The position numbers were made by a program, and so were the translations under genes. Under the pieces are notes generated by a model. The model had not been told where the DNA came from. It searched no databases and was given only the letters and a program-made list of their open reading frames with translations. From Bigelowiella natans CCMP2755 (lineage: Eukaryota; Protista; Cercozoa), in the NCBI GenBank assembly GCA_000320545.1, contig ADNK01000094.1, forward strand, positions 42,545 through 106,544: a DNA stretch of 64,000 nt. The letters run 5' to 3'. This document shows, piece by piece, positions 51,738 through 64,000 of this stretch (position 1 is its first letter; every line of letters begins with the position of its first letter).

Positions 51738-54051
51738 ATTGCTTAATATATTTCAATTTATAATAAGCATAGCCAGATGATGTAGTAGTACTGAGTCCAT
51801 AGGATCGATGTATATTATCAGCCTCATAACCCTACCAAACAATCCTACCTTCATCCTTTGACTGCTGTCGCATTGATCGTCGCATCGTGATGTGAAGATG
51901 TTCATTTGCCATAATAGGTCAAAGAGGCTAGAAGCCAACTCCATTCTATACTCTAACCTGCTATCGTGCGCGGTTTGTGAGGAGGAGGAGGAAGAGGAGG
52001 AGGAGGAGAAAAGAGTCAATCTTTATTTGCATGATGATAAAAAAACTCAAAATCTCGGTATATAGAGTAGTATGGGCAATTTGGAGAGAGTAGTAACATG
52101 GTGATGATGACAAGAATGTTCAACATTATGATGTGATTGCTGTAATCATCATTGACAAACGTCAAATGTATAATAATACATTTAATTTTGAAACCAAAGT
52201 TATTCAGCACTTGTATATCATCGTTTTCTTCGAGATTTCAGCTTTTCAGGAGAGATCGTCGTCGTTATCCCTTGTTTGAAGTTAATACAGTTGAACATAA
52301 TTAATATCAGCAGCCCGGTGCCCATTATTTCAGCGTATAATAAAGGAGATAATTGAGGAGGAAGAGAAAGCCAACGAGGAATCTGGTGACAATGATGATG
52401 ACGGATGTTTCAAATTGAAAGATCCAGTGTTACGGCGGCAGATATTAAGAGCATACGACAAAGCAGTACTATGGCAGGAAGCCCTCGGAATGCTGTTTTT
52501 AAACAAGAACAACAAGAAAAATAGTCTCACTGTTACGAAAACTAATCGATCTACCTGCGAGGTTGGTGTGTTTAGAGAGGGAAATGGCAGTTTTGGCAGT
52601 TCTTCAAGCATCAGAATGGCGTCATCATCAACATCATCATCATCATCACCATCATCATCCTTCCTCAAAAACCCTAAATATGAACATTATGATCCACGTG
52701 TACTCAACTACCAAGCGGATTTCGACGGAATTTGCAACGGCTCTGCGCTTGATCTTGTGGTATAAGATCCTTATGATATCCCAGCTGATAATGCGAATAA
52801 TAGCGGTATTCTTTCACATGGGGCCCCAAAAACCTGAATCAAAATTGTTATATATTGATCAATAACCATGTAGGCGCGACTAGCTACCAATGGATTTGAA
52901 GAAATAGCGCGAAAGGTGGTGTCTGGAAAGTTGGTGCTGCTGAAAATATTGGCAGCAATGATAATGATGACGATGATGAATTATTATGATGATTTCTTTG
53001 TAAGAGTAGGAAGAGGAAGAATATTGTTAATGTCGATCTCATTATCGTTTGGTTCATCTCATCTGATGCTCCTTTTGCTAATCATTTCAACACTTTCCTA
53101 CTTTGTAGTGCCTCGAAATGCTACTTTTCAATAGGAGGCACCACCAGCAGCAGCAGCAGGAGGAGGAGGAGGATAACATACGGTCTTCTTCCATTAGAAG
53201 TCAATCCCCTTTGTTTATTTGGCTATTTATTCCTGTTCTTCACCCGTAATAATGCATGGCTTGTTTGCAGCTATTATTAAGTTATTGGTTGCAGCTGGAG
53301 TGTTAACGATAATATGACGATGGTGTTGACAGTGTTAACGATAATATGACGATGGTGTTGACAGAGAGAAGGGAGGAGGAGGAGGAGGAGGAGGAGGAGG
53401 AGGAGCCGTTTGCAGCACATTTCCAACCAATCTTCAAGTAGGGTTGCTGATCCGCAGCTTCTCAAAGTCACGGCATAAAATACACGTGGGGAATGTTATG
53501 ATGTCATTAATTCCTGACAGCTTTGCAGAACAACCTGTAGAAGAGGACTCGTCGTCATCGTCCTCTTCCTCACAAAAATATCATCGACTACTAGCAGTAA
53601 AGCCAGCAGTAGACCATGAATTCTTCCCCATAGACGACGACCTCACGCCTCCTTCAACTCCTCATGAGAACTATGGTATTGTTGAATATCGATCGAAGGA
53701 AGAGAAAGGGTTAGGAGGCACGATCAAGAGATGTAGAGAAGATTTTATTGTGACGGAGATCGATGGTCATAATGGCAATGCAGTACGCCTGCAACATCCT
53801 TTTTTGTGTAAGAAGAAGAAGAAGAAGAAGGAAAACAACAACAACAACAACTCTTCACTGTCACAGCTACTACTACTACAACCCACCAGAGGGCAGCAAA
53901 GAAAGGGTAGATTTCGCAACACCATTGGCGACAATACATACGTCAGAATGGTTGTGTCAAAGCGAGGCCTTTCCACATTCGAAGCGGTATATCCCAGAAC
54001 TTTCATCCAAACATCATCTAAAATAAATCTGCAGACTTCAGCACAATCACA

Positions 54052-54088
<37 letters not shown>

Positions 54089-54833
54089 TGTAAATATGCG
54101 TATATCGTTTGATGCAGGCGGAAAGGATAGGCAGGGCACTCGGAGTAGACGTAAAGTACATTCGATTTGCTGGTTTAAAGGATGCATATGCCACCACCGT
54201 TCAGCAGATGACGGCCCCCCTCTCGCAGCTACCAGAGCAATTTCTCGTCGTCAGTGACAGGGGGAGGATGCTGCAAGGGAACGTAGACAAAATTAGCAGA
54301 AGCAAGCTAGGGTTGTATGATTGATATCTCTATTATACCATACATACGAATGGATGATGGCGATAAATCTGTTTTGCCACCATCTTGCTGCTGTGTGTGC
54401 ACCAACAGCTAAGCTTCTGATTTGACATAAATTATATCTTCTAAATGATGACACAGTCTGCAGCAATGAATAGCCTTACGATATATTCTGAAGGAATGTT
54501 GTTTTTAAGATAAGCGTGCATGGACGATGCTGCAGCAATCGACCTTGTTTTAATTGACGATGTTTTCTAAATGTTTCCTTTTCTAAATTAGATTTGGCCT
54601 GTACTCACATGAACAAATCCTTGGAAAAGTTGCTTCTGGTTCTTGTTCTTCTTGTCTTTATTTTTCTAAAAGGATCATCATATAAAATATTTGCAAATAT
54701 TAGCTCTTCGAATTGGATTGAAGGAAGGAAAAGCTGGCCTTTGTGTCGGGGATTTAGAAATGGTGGATCATGAGCTCAATCTTCATGCTGGGATCTCGCA
54801 TGGAAATAGATTTGAATTGGTGGGCAGGGATTA

Positions 54834-54865
<32 letters not shown>

Positions 54866-57009
54866 AAAGTAATAGAATTAGAATTACGAGAAGGTAAAAA
54901 CTACTACACTGGTGTCGCGATCATAATCTATAAAGAAGTGCGTATGGCGGCGTACTTAATTACTCAACTACTACGTATATCCAGAACTCTCTTCCTCCTC
55001 CTCCTGCTGCTGATGCTGCTGATGCCATATTACATTCAATCATCAGTTGTCTTCCCTATTACTTATTGTAAAATCATGTGGCCAGATTCTCCACAATTCA
55101 GAGCCATCTACATCAATAGAGACACCCCATTCTTGCAACGATGGCTCATGCACGAGAAGTGAAATGCTTGCTCTTGAAAAGCAAATTCGTGATCGACTTA
55201 TCGTCGTCAGTAAATCCATTACCAAAAATGGGTTTATAAACTACTACGGACCCCAGCGTTTCACTGGAGTGTAAGGAGACAAACTAACCAAACGACACTA
55301 CACACAAAGCAAAAACACAATCACTCATTATACTTTTACCGATGATATTGGTTGGCGATATGTTTTCTGTCGCGTATGGGTGTTTATAACTGAGTGCGCT
55401 ATTTACTTCGTTCAAAGGCTTTCCGGACATCAAGCATGCATAGCTTCACTGAGACGTGACTATAAAAAGGCTTGTCTGGCACTATTACAGCCTACCCGCC
55501 CTCCTGATGACTTACCATGGAGGTAGTAATGGCTATAGTGTACATATATGCATGGTGATATGTCCATGCATAAGAGATGATATGTCCATGCATAAGAGAG
55601 AGAGAGAGGGGGGGGGGGGGGGGGGGGAGAAGAGATGTTTTCTTGTGTGTTTTATATTTACATGTAGTCGCTGATTCTTCATAATTATTCATTGAAAGGT
55701 CTGTGTGGAAGGCTACAAAGGACCCTCAACGAACACTTCACTCTATGCCTGTACGCGGCTTTACGTTTGAAAAAATTATACTGAGACAGCTTTTGAAGTT
55801 GTCAAAGTTGACTAAAAATGAAGTTCTCACTCCTACCAAGTATGTACGGCGAGAGGCATGGTTTGATAAAGGAGATGAAGATCACGAAACAAAGGTGACG
55901 ATGGCATCTAAAATTACGGCTGGAATCACCACCGCCACCACCACCAGCAGTAGTCCGGTTGCTCATCTCCAGTGGAGGAGTATCTTTCTGGCCATTCCAT
56001 TTTCTCAGCGATTGCTAATAGTAAGGGCATATCAAAGTCGGCTATGGAATTGCGCTGCTACAGAAAGGGTGAAGCGGTGAGTTAGTAGGGACTATATACA
56101 ACATGAATGAGATGCTACCAATTATAAATAAAAACAAATTCAAAATCGTCGCTGAAACATTTACAATTTTCTCCTAAACAAATCGATTTCCATCGGTAAA
56201 AGGAAGGGTTAGGGTTGGGGAGAGATGATCTTTCAAGCTTACATATTGATGATACATGCGGATCCTGAATGTTATAGACACGTTGGTATGTGGTGGCTGC
56301 CTTGACTGTATTATACTGAGCGACGATTAGCAGAAGTACACTTTGCAACAACATAATGATTTGATAGGTTCGGGTTCGACATTGTGAAGGGCGATTTGCT
56401 TCTCGGAGGGTATGGAAAAGAAGGTACTGAATATTTTTAGTGGAAGATAACATTCTAGATTATGGTTGGTTCATATTACAATGGCCCCTCACTCTGAATA
56501 CTACTAATGTAACAGAGGCATTTGCAGCAAATCCGGTAGTTTTTGGCTACGAGACGTCATCATCATCATCATCATCATCATCGGGGAGCGAGAAACTAAG
56601 GAGAGGAAGGAACATGATTTCCAACATCGTCTTGCCTTTGTTCGGTTGCGGAGTCAGGAAGCCTAGGAACATCATCGGTTCAATGATGAGAAGACATCTA
56701 CAGCACCACGGGCTGCTTGGTACTACTCTCACCATAGAGATTCAAGATTCCGGAGCATTGATGGAACCAAGGCAAGAACCAATTGTTGACAAGGAGGCTG
56801 TTCATACTAATCGATTTGCTCGCCACCATCGTATACTGACTGCGATAAGAGAGGGAAAGGCAAGTCGGAGGAAATGGCCGAAGATGAAACGCCAGAAGCA
56901 ATTCACAACTGACGATGAAGTTGTGCACGTCATTCTTGGCTCGTATCGACATTTAATTGCTTATCCACAAAATTTCAGTTGCACAGTCGTTGCCTCTCCT
57001 TTATCATAG
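50251..57009 (+). CDS. TruD/PUS7-family pseudouridine synthase with long N-terminal extension containing PPR-like helices
   Basis: YGIVEYRS..GLGGTIKRCREDFIVTEID; KRGLSTFEA; IRFAGLKDAYATTVQ (catalytic Asp); GNRFEL; GFINYYGPQRF; LIVRAYQSRLWN; IVLPLFG; GSYRHLI. Start approximate. Confidence 0.88.
51388..51462. repeat. Compound microsatellite (CT)n..(GT)n, intronic
   Basis: Read directly from sequence. Confidence 0.95.
53299..53364. repeat. Perfect 32-bp tandem duplication
   Basis: agtgttaacgataatatgacgatggtgttgac x2. Confidence 0.95.
55556..55599. repeat. Perfect 22-bp tandem duplication (intronic)
   Basis: tgatatgtccatgcataagaga x2. Confidence 0.9.
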
Positions 57010-57039
57010 GCTGTAGAGTACGCTACATAAGGAGCAGAA

Positions 57040-57720
57040 TGTGCATTCAAATGTATACAAATAACAATGATGAATAAAAACGAGCATTGCAAGATGCGAT
57101 TGCATGCAATGGCGAGCTAAGTCACACCACACTCACATAGCCCCCTAGAGTACACAAATGGCGAGGCCTGACGTCATCAATGCAGGAGTGACGTGGGCGC
57201 ACGTCGAGCCGTATTCACTGCGCATACACGCACATGCATGCCACATGTGAGTGACTTCTGAAGCAATGTGGAAAACTTTAGCTATCAATTGCACAGCGGG
57301 TATGGTCCATCTCGTTGATTGAGCTGAATCACTAAATGAATGAAAGTCATGAAGTCAAGAAGTGCTAGAGTGAGGCAACTATACATCATGCATGCAAAAA
57401 CGAGCTAGCTGCTAGAAGCGATACTATGTGCTAGTTGTTGCTTGCATGCTTGCATGTTTGCTGTTGCAGTATGTGTCCTAGCACGCTGGTCATTGGACAG
57501 ATCGAACTAGGGTGAACACTACATGCCAAAAGATCACCAGGCCATGCTAGTATGTGTGCTTAGACGCACGCAACTGATCGACGATACAAATGTTGCACGT
57601 TTGAAGGCCCCTGGCTGATCCAAATGTGTCATTTTGCATCGATTGTCGCAATGCGATTTAATGAGGGCTAAATAGTGCAGCGATTCCATGCTGGTAAACG
57701 ATTGTTGGAACTTAGCAGGA
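57040..57720. other. TG/CA-rich, TpA-poor island 8 (convergent junction)
   Basis: attgcatgcaat, cacatgcatgccacatgtg, gagctagctgctag, cttgcatgcttgcatg. Confidence 0.7.
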
Positions 57721-57813
57721 ACCAGACATTTTGTTATCAGATTCAAAAAATACGTTCACTTCCACACCTTCTATCGTAGGAATATGCACGTATATTTACT
57801 TAAGTAGAGCTAT

Positions 57814-57864
<51 letters not shown>

Positions 57865-58482
57865 TATGAATACAACACAGAGTATTTTTTACTACAACTT
57901 ACTGGCACTGTGACGTGCGAATGTGAACATCGTAGTATATAGACACATGATAGCACTTTCACTGCCGTGGTTGCTTTGGGTTGATGTAAAACAACCCTTT
58001 ACTAAATTCTCTGCAACTCACTCATATTTAGGGTAGAATTGGAATCATCATGTACGGTAGTAACAGGATAGGAGTAGTATGGGACTTTCTATCTATATAT
58101 CTATCTACATCTCTGCACTAGATGATCTTGAGAAATGACAAGTGTAATAAAAGTGGATCATAGAATTGTATTCTTTCTTCGGACGGCTAGGTAACTCTTT
58201 CGTCCTTTTTGCTCATCTGCTGGGTCGTGGGCGGAAAAGGGGGAGGAGAAATGAAGAGTAATCTTCTTCATAGGTGCATTCTGGTAGGAATCGTAAATGG
58301 AGATGATGATGACGATGATGATGATGATGATGATGATGGTGGTGGTGGCAATAGAAAAGAATCTCCATTATTATTTTCCTTAAATGGGTGGCTTGGCTTT
58401 GATCTTTCATCCATAGCTCGATTAATCTTAGAGATTGAAATCAAGGAAGCTACCGTTCTTCTTGGTCTCTTTTGCCTAACTT

Positions 58483-59216
58483 CTATTCGTCTAAAGATAT
58501 TCGAAGACGCTTTGCTTCTCTTTTCTCCGGTGACAGCGTCTTGTTTAAAATTGATAACTTTGTTTTCGTAGTTTGTATTGTTATCATCATAACCTTTGCG
58601 GTCTTAAATGGGAACGACGACGACCATCGTTTTCTATCGATAGCAGATACCCTCCCCTTCTCTCTGTTGTCTGTCATTGCAGGTGATTTGATCATTGAAG
58701 GAGAGTTGGGGTTTGTCTCCTCGGAACACACCGGTTGTGATGCAGCAGCAGCTGCAATATTTGTTGTTGATATTGTTGCAATAGATGGAGTACTAATTCC
58801 TATGGATGGATGATGATCAAATTTATTGTCGTATAAATGGGAGGGTGATAACCGAGTATTAGTCACTAAGCACTGGTGTTGCCTTTTGGGTTTATTCTCA
58901 TGATGATAAGAGGAGGCAGCACTTGAGGTAGATGAAGAAGCAACAGCGGTTCGTTTCTCGAAATCTAATCTAGCCTGGACATGTCTTTTGAGCTCTAATT
59001 CCCTCTGCATTAGCAGCTGTTGTCGCTCTTTCTGATGCTGAAGAAGTCTTCGCTGTTCTTCACGAAGTTGCCGGAGTTCTTCCTGCATGCGATGTTGCTG
59101 CAGATCAAATTCAGCAATAATGTTGTTCCCACTATCATTTACTTTGATCTTCTCCTGCATTGATTGATCTTTGTTATTCGGCATTATTGTCACTGGTTGT
59201 GACTGAGACACTTGGG

Positions 59217-59250
<34 letters not shown>

Positions 59251-60682
59251 CTTCTTCTTCTTCTTCGTACTAGTCGTCACTCGGAGCAATTGTTGCTGTG
59301 CTGCTTTTGTGTGCAACTGTGGTGGTGATTGATGAGAAGAAAAGTCATTAAGAGCGATGTTTGAGGTCGACATTGAGGATATTGGTGGTGGTAATACTAG
59401 TGGCAGATTGTGGGGCTGCTGGTGGTAAGCCAGATCCCTTAAAAGAAGAGATGATATACCAGCATGTAGACCAGTAGTAGGAGATTCTCTGCAGCAGCTA
59501 CTCTGGCCTGGGTGTTTTTGTTGCAACCCCCCTGACTTTGCTATCCTACTTGGTCCTACTCTCCCTGACCTTAACACCGGGGTTGGAGGGGTCATCGTTG
59601 ATAGAAGCCGAAGTCTCTCCATATCAACCGAATTTGGACGATTGTAACAATTTACAAGGTAATCATTTATCTTAGAACTTTGTTGAAAATCAATTGAAAT
59701 TTCTTGCGAAGATGATGGTCCTGGAATATTCTTCTCTGAAAATACGAAGTTTTTATTTTGAAGAATTTCACGTAATGTAGGGCCTTGCACAATTCCTGGC
59801 ACGATCTTCCTCTTCTTGCCTTTTTTTTGGGTCAAGCTACTGTAGCTATTTGCCGATTTTTGGGATTGCTTCGAGACTTTGGCGTTGGCTATGTTGTGAT
59901 GGAACATGGCCGATAATTCATTTCCTCCAAAATGGCTTAATCTTTCTTCGGAGAAGGGATCAAAATCCAACTTGAAAGTTACAGCTGGTTCTGGTGCAGC
60001 CCTCTTCTTTCGGCATCTCCGTGCTGCTTTTATCTGTTTATTATTAGAGGTAAGGAAGTTCTTCATGCCTTCTAAATATCGTTTTTGCTCTGCATTATAG
60101 CGACTCTGGTCTTTTGTGGCAAGATGTTGAAAGACCTAAGAAAATCAGATTTAAGTAACCAGCTAATAAATGCAAATTCATTTTCTCACCTCCTTTTCGC
60201 TCTCGGACATTTTTTCCCATACATCGCGGATAATCCTGGAGATTCGTTGGGTATGCCGAGTCGCCTGAGTTACAAATACTCTCTACTATCGGGATGTAAT
60301 GTGATGTGTGACTACATAACTTCTAGAATCTGAGAATGATAAAACTATTTTGATGCAATACCGAGTTCTTTTCGACATGGCGGCTCTGAATTCTGGTATG
60401 GGCGTAAAGCTGGAAGAAGTTGAATGCATTTCGTGCACGCCTAAGATAAAGGAGAGGAAAGATTCAGTGAAACAGCTGTATCAGTCTATGACCGATCTCC
60501 CCGTATTGCGAGGAAGATTCAGGCTGTTAAACTAATGTGTTCTTAGCACAAAATCAGCCACTTTTTTGTTTGCCTTTCCGCCCCGTTCAGAGGATTGGGG
60601 GGAGCGTTAGGGTAGCCAAAGTAGGGTTAGAAGTGTACAAAAAGTTACTTGGGGCGGACGAGCGTTGTGGACACTCCATCAT
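58483..60682 (-). CDS. HMG-box DNA-binding protein with long low-complexity/coiled-coil C-terminus
   Basis: MMECPQRSSAPK|RARNAFNFFQLYAHTRIQSRHVEKNS|ATRHTQRISRIIRDVWEKMSESEKE|VFQHLATKDQSRYNAEQKRY runs in frame into the 527-aa ORF. 3' end may extend further. Confidence 0.85.
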
Positions 60683-61079
60683 GCATAATGCGAGGGTGTG
60701 ACATTAGCCCAGCTCGCGCAAGCATCTGATTCCCTGAACATCCTAGGATTCCATTTTACTTCGAATTCTGTCGATTGTCCTTGTCGTCATTGATTTATCA
60801 CCTTGTATTGTTATTTTTGGACCGGAGACGTAGTGTGAACATTATTACAAGCAGTAACAAGTGGGTACTTTTTTATTACTTCCTTCCTGTTGCATAGTAC
60901 TACTACAATCCTGGTAACAATGCATGATGCATGTCGTACGAAATATCCTAATAGAGTCTATGTAAATTTAAGGCCCGACTTTTTTTTAAAAATTCATAAC
61001 ACCTAGATCTACATGTAAACATAAACAACGTTAGGCACATCTCACAAAACCGCGAAATCAGGAAATCAGGAAATACAAA

Positions 61080-61240
61080 ATTTTATTTTTTCGGCCAGCT
61101 CGGAATGTGATCGAAATTCTAGGAAATTGCAGATTTCTATTCTAGAATCGAGGAATCCCATAGGGAATCCTTTACACCTGTAGGGAATCCTGGAATCCGG
61201 ATTTTTGAGTTCTATTTTCCTGGGAATTCCCAGATCTAGT
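61080..61240. promoter_or_regulatory. Cluster of GGAATCC/GGAATTCC motifs in a divergent promoter region
   Basis: aggaatccc, gggaatcct x2, tggaatccgg and palindrome ctgggaattcccag within 160 bp. Confidence 0.4.
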
Positions 61241-61451
61241 TTTAGAGGAGGAAGAGGATACTCCCAACAAATATTCCATCATCATTGGTTTATCTCATGA
61301 CAACTCCTGACATGGTGCGCTCGGTTGTGAGATTAGTAAAGAGAACTAATGCGAAATGCGTGTTGCGGCAACATGATTCCTCTTGTCGCATCTCCAGAAA
61401 TAACAATAGTAAGTACATGTAGGAGAGTCGGAACCGAAGTTCGAAGCGTCA

Positions 61452-62087
61452 ATGGGTTGCAAGCTTTCTCGATTCACTAACCCCTACCCCAATCTTGGTG
61501 AGCGAGGGAAGATCGTCTCGACTGATGACAAGAGGGCCCAGGTGTTGTACAATTCTAACTAAAGAAATTAGTCGAATCATATTTTCCCAGCAGCAGCAGC
61601 AGTAGCAGCAGCATTTGTTTAACCCATTGATCGGTTTAGATGTGGTTTAACCGTGGATTAATGTGGCTTTATGGATACAACCACGAAGAAGCAATCCGCT
61701 GCTTTGAGAATGCGTTGAAATATGACTCAAGTTTGGCTATGGCGTACTGGGGCATTGGGTCAACATCAATCAACCATGCGCAAAAACATAAAACAAACAA
61801 ATCTTATTGATTGCTGAGGCCGCATAAAATGTTATATTCGCTAGCACCCAAAGAAGGGAGGAGATCTATCTCTAGATAAGGTAGGACAGATCATGATGTT
61901 TCATGTACTCAGATATGCACATGGAACCAACTACAACATGCCGATGATCCTCAATCCCAAAGCTGCTTATGAGGTCAGACGTACCACAGAAAGCTTTAAA
62001 GAATCATTGCTGGAAACCTTTATAGCATTTAGTAAGGACTGAAATAGATTTAAAACAACTGGTTGTTATCATCTAAATGGTAGCAGT

Positions 62088-62125
<38 letters not shown>

Positions 62126-62311
62126 TAGTGTAGTGGCTAAGAGGTTCTTCCTTGTTTAGGCTGCACAAAAAGCTGTACAGGTCGCTGACACAGCGGGACT
62201 CAAAAGCGGCTTAGAACGAGATTTAATTGAAGCATTAACGAGAAGGTTTTCGTCTTATTTATAGCAATACATAGGCTTTGACAGTGCGTGAATGCGTAGT
62301 ACCAAATGCAG

Positions 62312-62344
<33 letters not shown>

Positions 62345-62417
62345 TGTAGTAAGCGGTTGGGTAAATTACAAAAACGAAATACATTGGTTGAGTAAATATG
62401 TTTGTGATGTTGGGGAA

Positions 62418-62469
<52 letters not shown>

Positions 62470-62474
62470 GTTTT

Positions 62475-62511
<37 letters not shown>

Positions 62512-64000
62512 TAAAAAAAAATCAAAGAGAATACAATTTAGGTATGAAGAGAATATGCACGATTTCAATGAAAAACCAAAGGAAGCCACGGGTCATTCTT
62601 CAACAACACCTTATTCCTGACATTTGTTACATGTCGGATGATCTCAATATTAAATCACTTTAATTTTACCTCAAGAACAATATGCGCGGCTTCAAAAGGA
62701 CTATGCAGAAGCTATGGCGATTGTGTAATCTCTATATATCATTACGTACAATTATATACCATTACGAACAAGGAAACATATTCTTGCCCAAAAGCGGTTC
62801 TTGTGTTACTGCTTGGACATTCATTATTCGCAAATTCTGACTTCTCATACCCTACGATTCAATCGGGCGGATTTTCCACCTTTCTTCTTCAGATACGAAA
62901 AGCAATGTGAATCTAAGGAAGATCCAGACTCTGATGTGGCCTCGTTGTACGCAGAAGCACTAATGAATAGAAAACCTTGGCAGCTTTGGGTTTGTATAGT
63001 ATAGTATAACCAACAGACGGATAGATCATAGCCATAACAAGGCAATCCGTGTGTGTATGTGTATGTGTGTGTATGGGAGGAGGAGAAGAAGAAAGACGAC
63101 TAAATATCAGTGTAGTAATCAATCCGTGGAAAAGAGTGTATGTGCTTTTAGCCTGCTGCTATTCGTTCCAAATGTTCCTCTGTGCCATGTATTATTAATT
63201 ATCAGCATTACCATGATCGTTATAGTTGGCATCTCTATCTCCTACGCACTTAACAAATAATACCCTCCTTTCCTTTCCGTACTTTCTCTCCCCCCGCCTC
63301 ATTACTATTTGTTCCCCCATTCCCTGGTCATCGTCGTCGTTGTCGATTGGGTGATGATACGTTAGGTTCCTGATGAAAAGAGTGGCAAGATACATCCTTT
63401 CACGGAGAAAGCTCAAGAGGTATTAGAGAAATATCTCCAGATAGACCCAAGGCACCCTGCGTTGTGTCATCTCTATATTCACTTAATGGAATTATCTTCC
63501 GACCCCAAAAAGGTAGGTAGATATTAGAGGTAGGTAGAGCTTGGTAGATGATGGCACTACTAAGTACTACTACTAGTAGCAGTAGCAGCACAAAGGAAGA
63601 GCTTCTGTGCATGATTAATAGTCAGAAATAGAGAGAGGGGGGAGGGGGGGAGGGGTTAGGTCTCAACCGACTCATCAGTAGTTTTTTGATTAATATAGTG
63701 GTCGTGGTGGTGGTGATGATGATGGCAACGATGGTTATAATATTACGCACTACTACTGCTACTACTACTACTACTACTACTATGATGCCTACTACTACTA
63801 CTACCAGGCATTGGGGAGCAGCCGATATGTTGCTTTGAGGGAGATCATGGACTAGTTCCAGGATCAGGGGTACTTACTACTACTAGCAGTACTAGTAGTT
63901 TAGTAGTAGTAATACTTAATGAGCATAATTACAGTAATAAATGATATCTGGGGTCGAACAAAAATATATTTCTATTGTAAGATATTGGTGTGAATGTGTG
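61452..64000 (+). CDS. TPR protein of the bacterial/fungal GFNHEEA..AMAYWG..GPNYN family; truncated by window end
   Basis: MGCKLSRFTNPYPNLG..AQ|MWFNRGLMWLYGYNHEEAIRCFENALKYDSSLAMAYWGIG|YAHGTNYN; LERDLIEAL; DVASLYAEALMNRKPWQLW; DPRHPALCHLYIHLMELS; LVPGSG. Confidence 0.85.

Noticed and set aside
53299-53364. 32-bp direct repeat resembling a CRISPR repeat
   Set aside because: Two adjacent copies with no spacer, eukaryotic context, and no cas genes.
56205-56220. Telomere-like gggttagggttggg
   Set aside because: Fewer than two full units; expected by chance.
1-64000. tRNA, rRNA, prokaryotic operon or defence system
   Set aside because: None recognisable; the window is spliced eukaryotic genes throughout.

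Overview
Eukaryotic nuclear DNA: gene-dense and intron-rich, mostly GT-AG introns, many filled with microsatellites. Most ORF-track entries are intron or antisense artefacts, so I rebuilt about 17 spliced genes by hand. In order: CS+TPR co-chaperone (+), 88-aa single-TM protein (-), degenerate GH2 LacZ-like protein (+), multipass membrane protein (-), DEAD-box helicase (-), SAM-domain protein (-), APW-repeat protein (+), At5g03900-like plastid protein (-), CARNMT1/N2227-like methyltransferase (+), DNAJA-type J-protein (-), FHA+G-patch protein (+), TM-anchored PHB-depolymerase-like esterase (-), SAP+RQC protein (+), small FSSGSSGW-domain protein (-), PPR-like+TruD/PUS7 (+), HMG-box protein (-), and a TPR protein (+) that runs off the end. 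A plastid-type protein with a signal-peptide-like leader suggests an alga with a secondary plastid; a chlorarachniophyte such as Bigelowiella is my best guess (inference). The most striking pattern is architectural. Gene orientation alternates almost strictly, and every tail-to-tail junction carries a TGCA/CATG/CTAG-rich island. In the clearest islands surviving TpA sits mostly in CTA/TAG, which suggests a localized TpA->TpG/CpA hypermutation (RIP-like) process that may also have hit a LINE relic and adjacent coding sequence. All family calls come from motif recognition, not database searches. Start codons and some splice sites are approximate.
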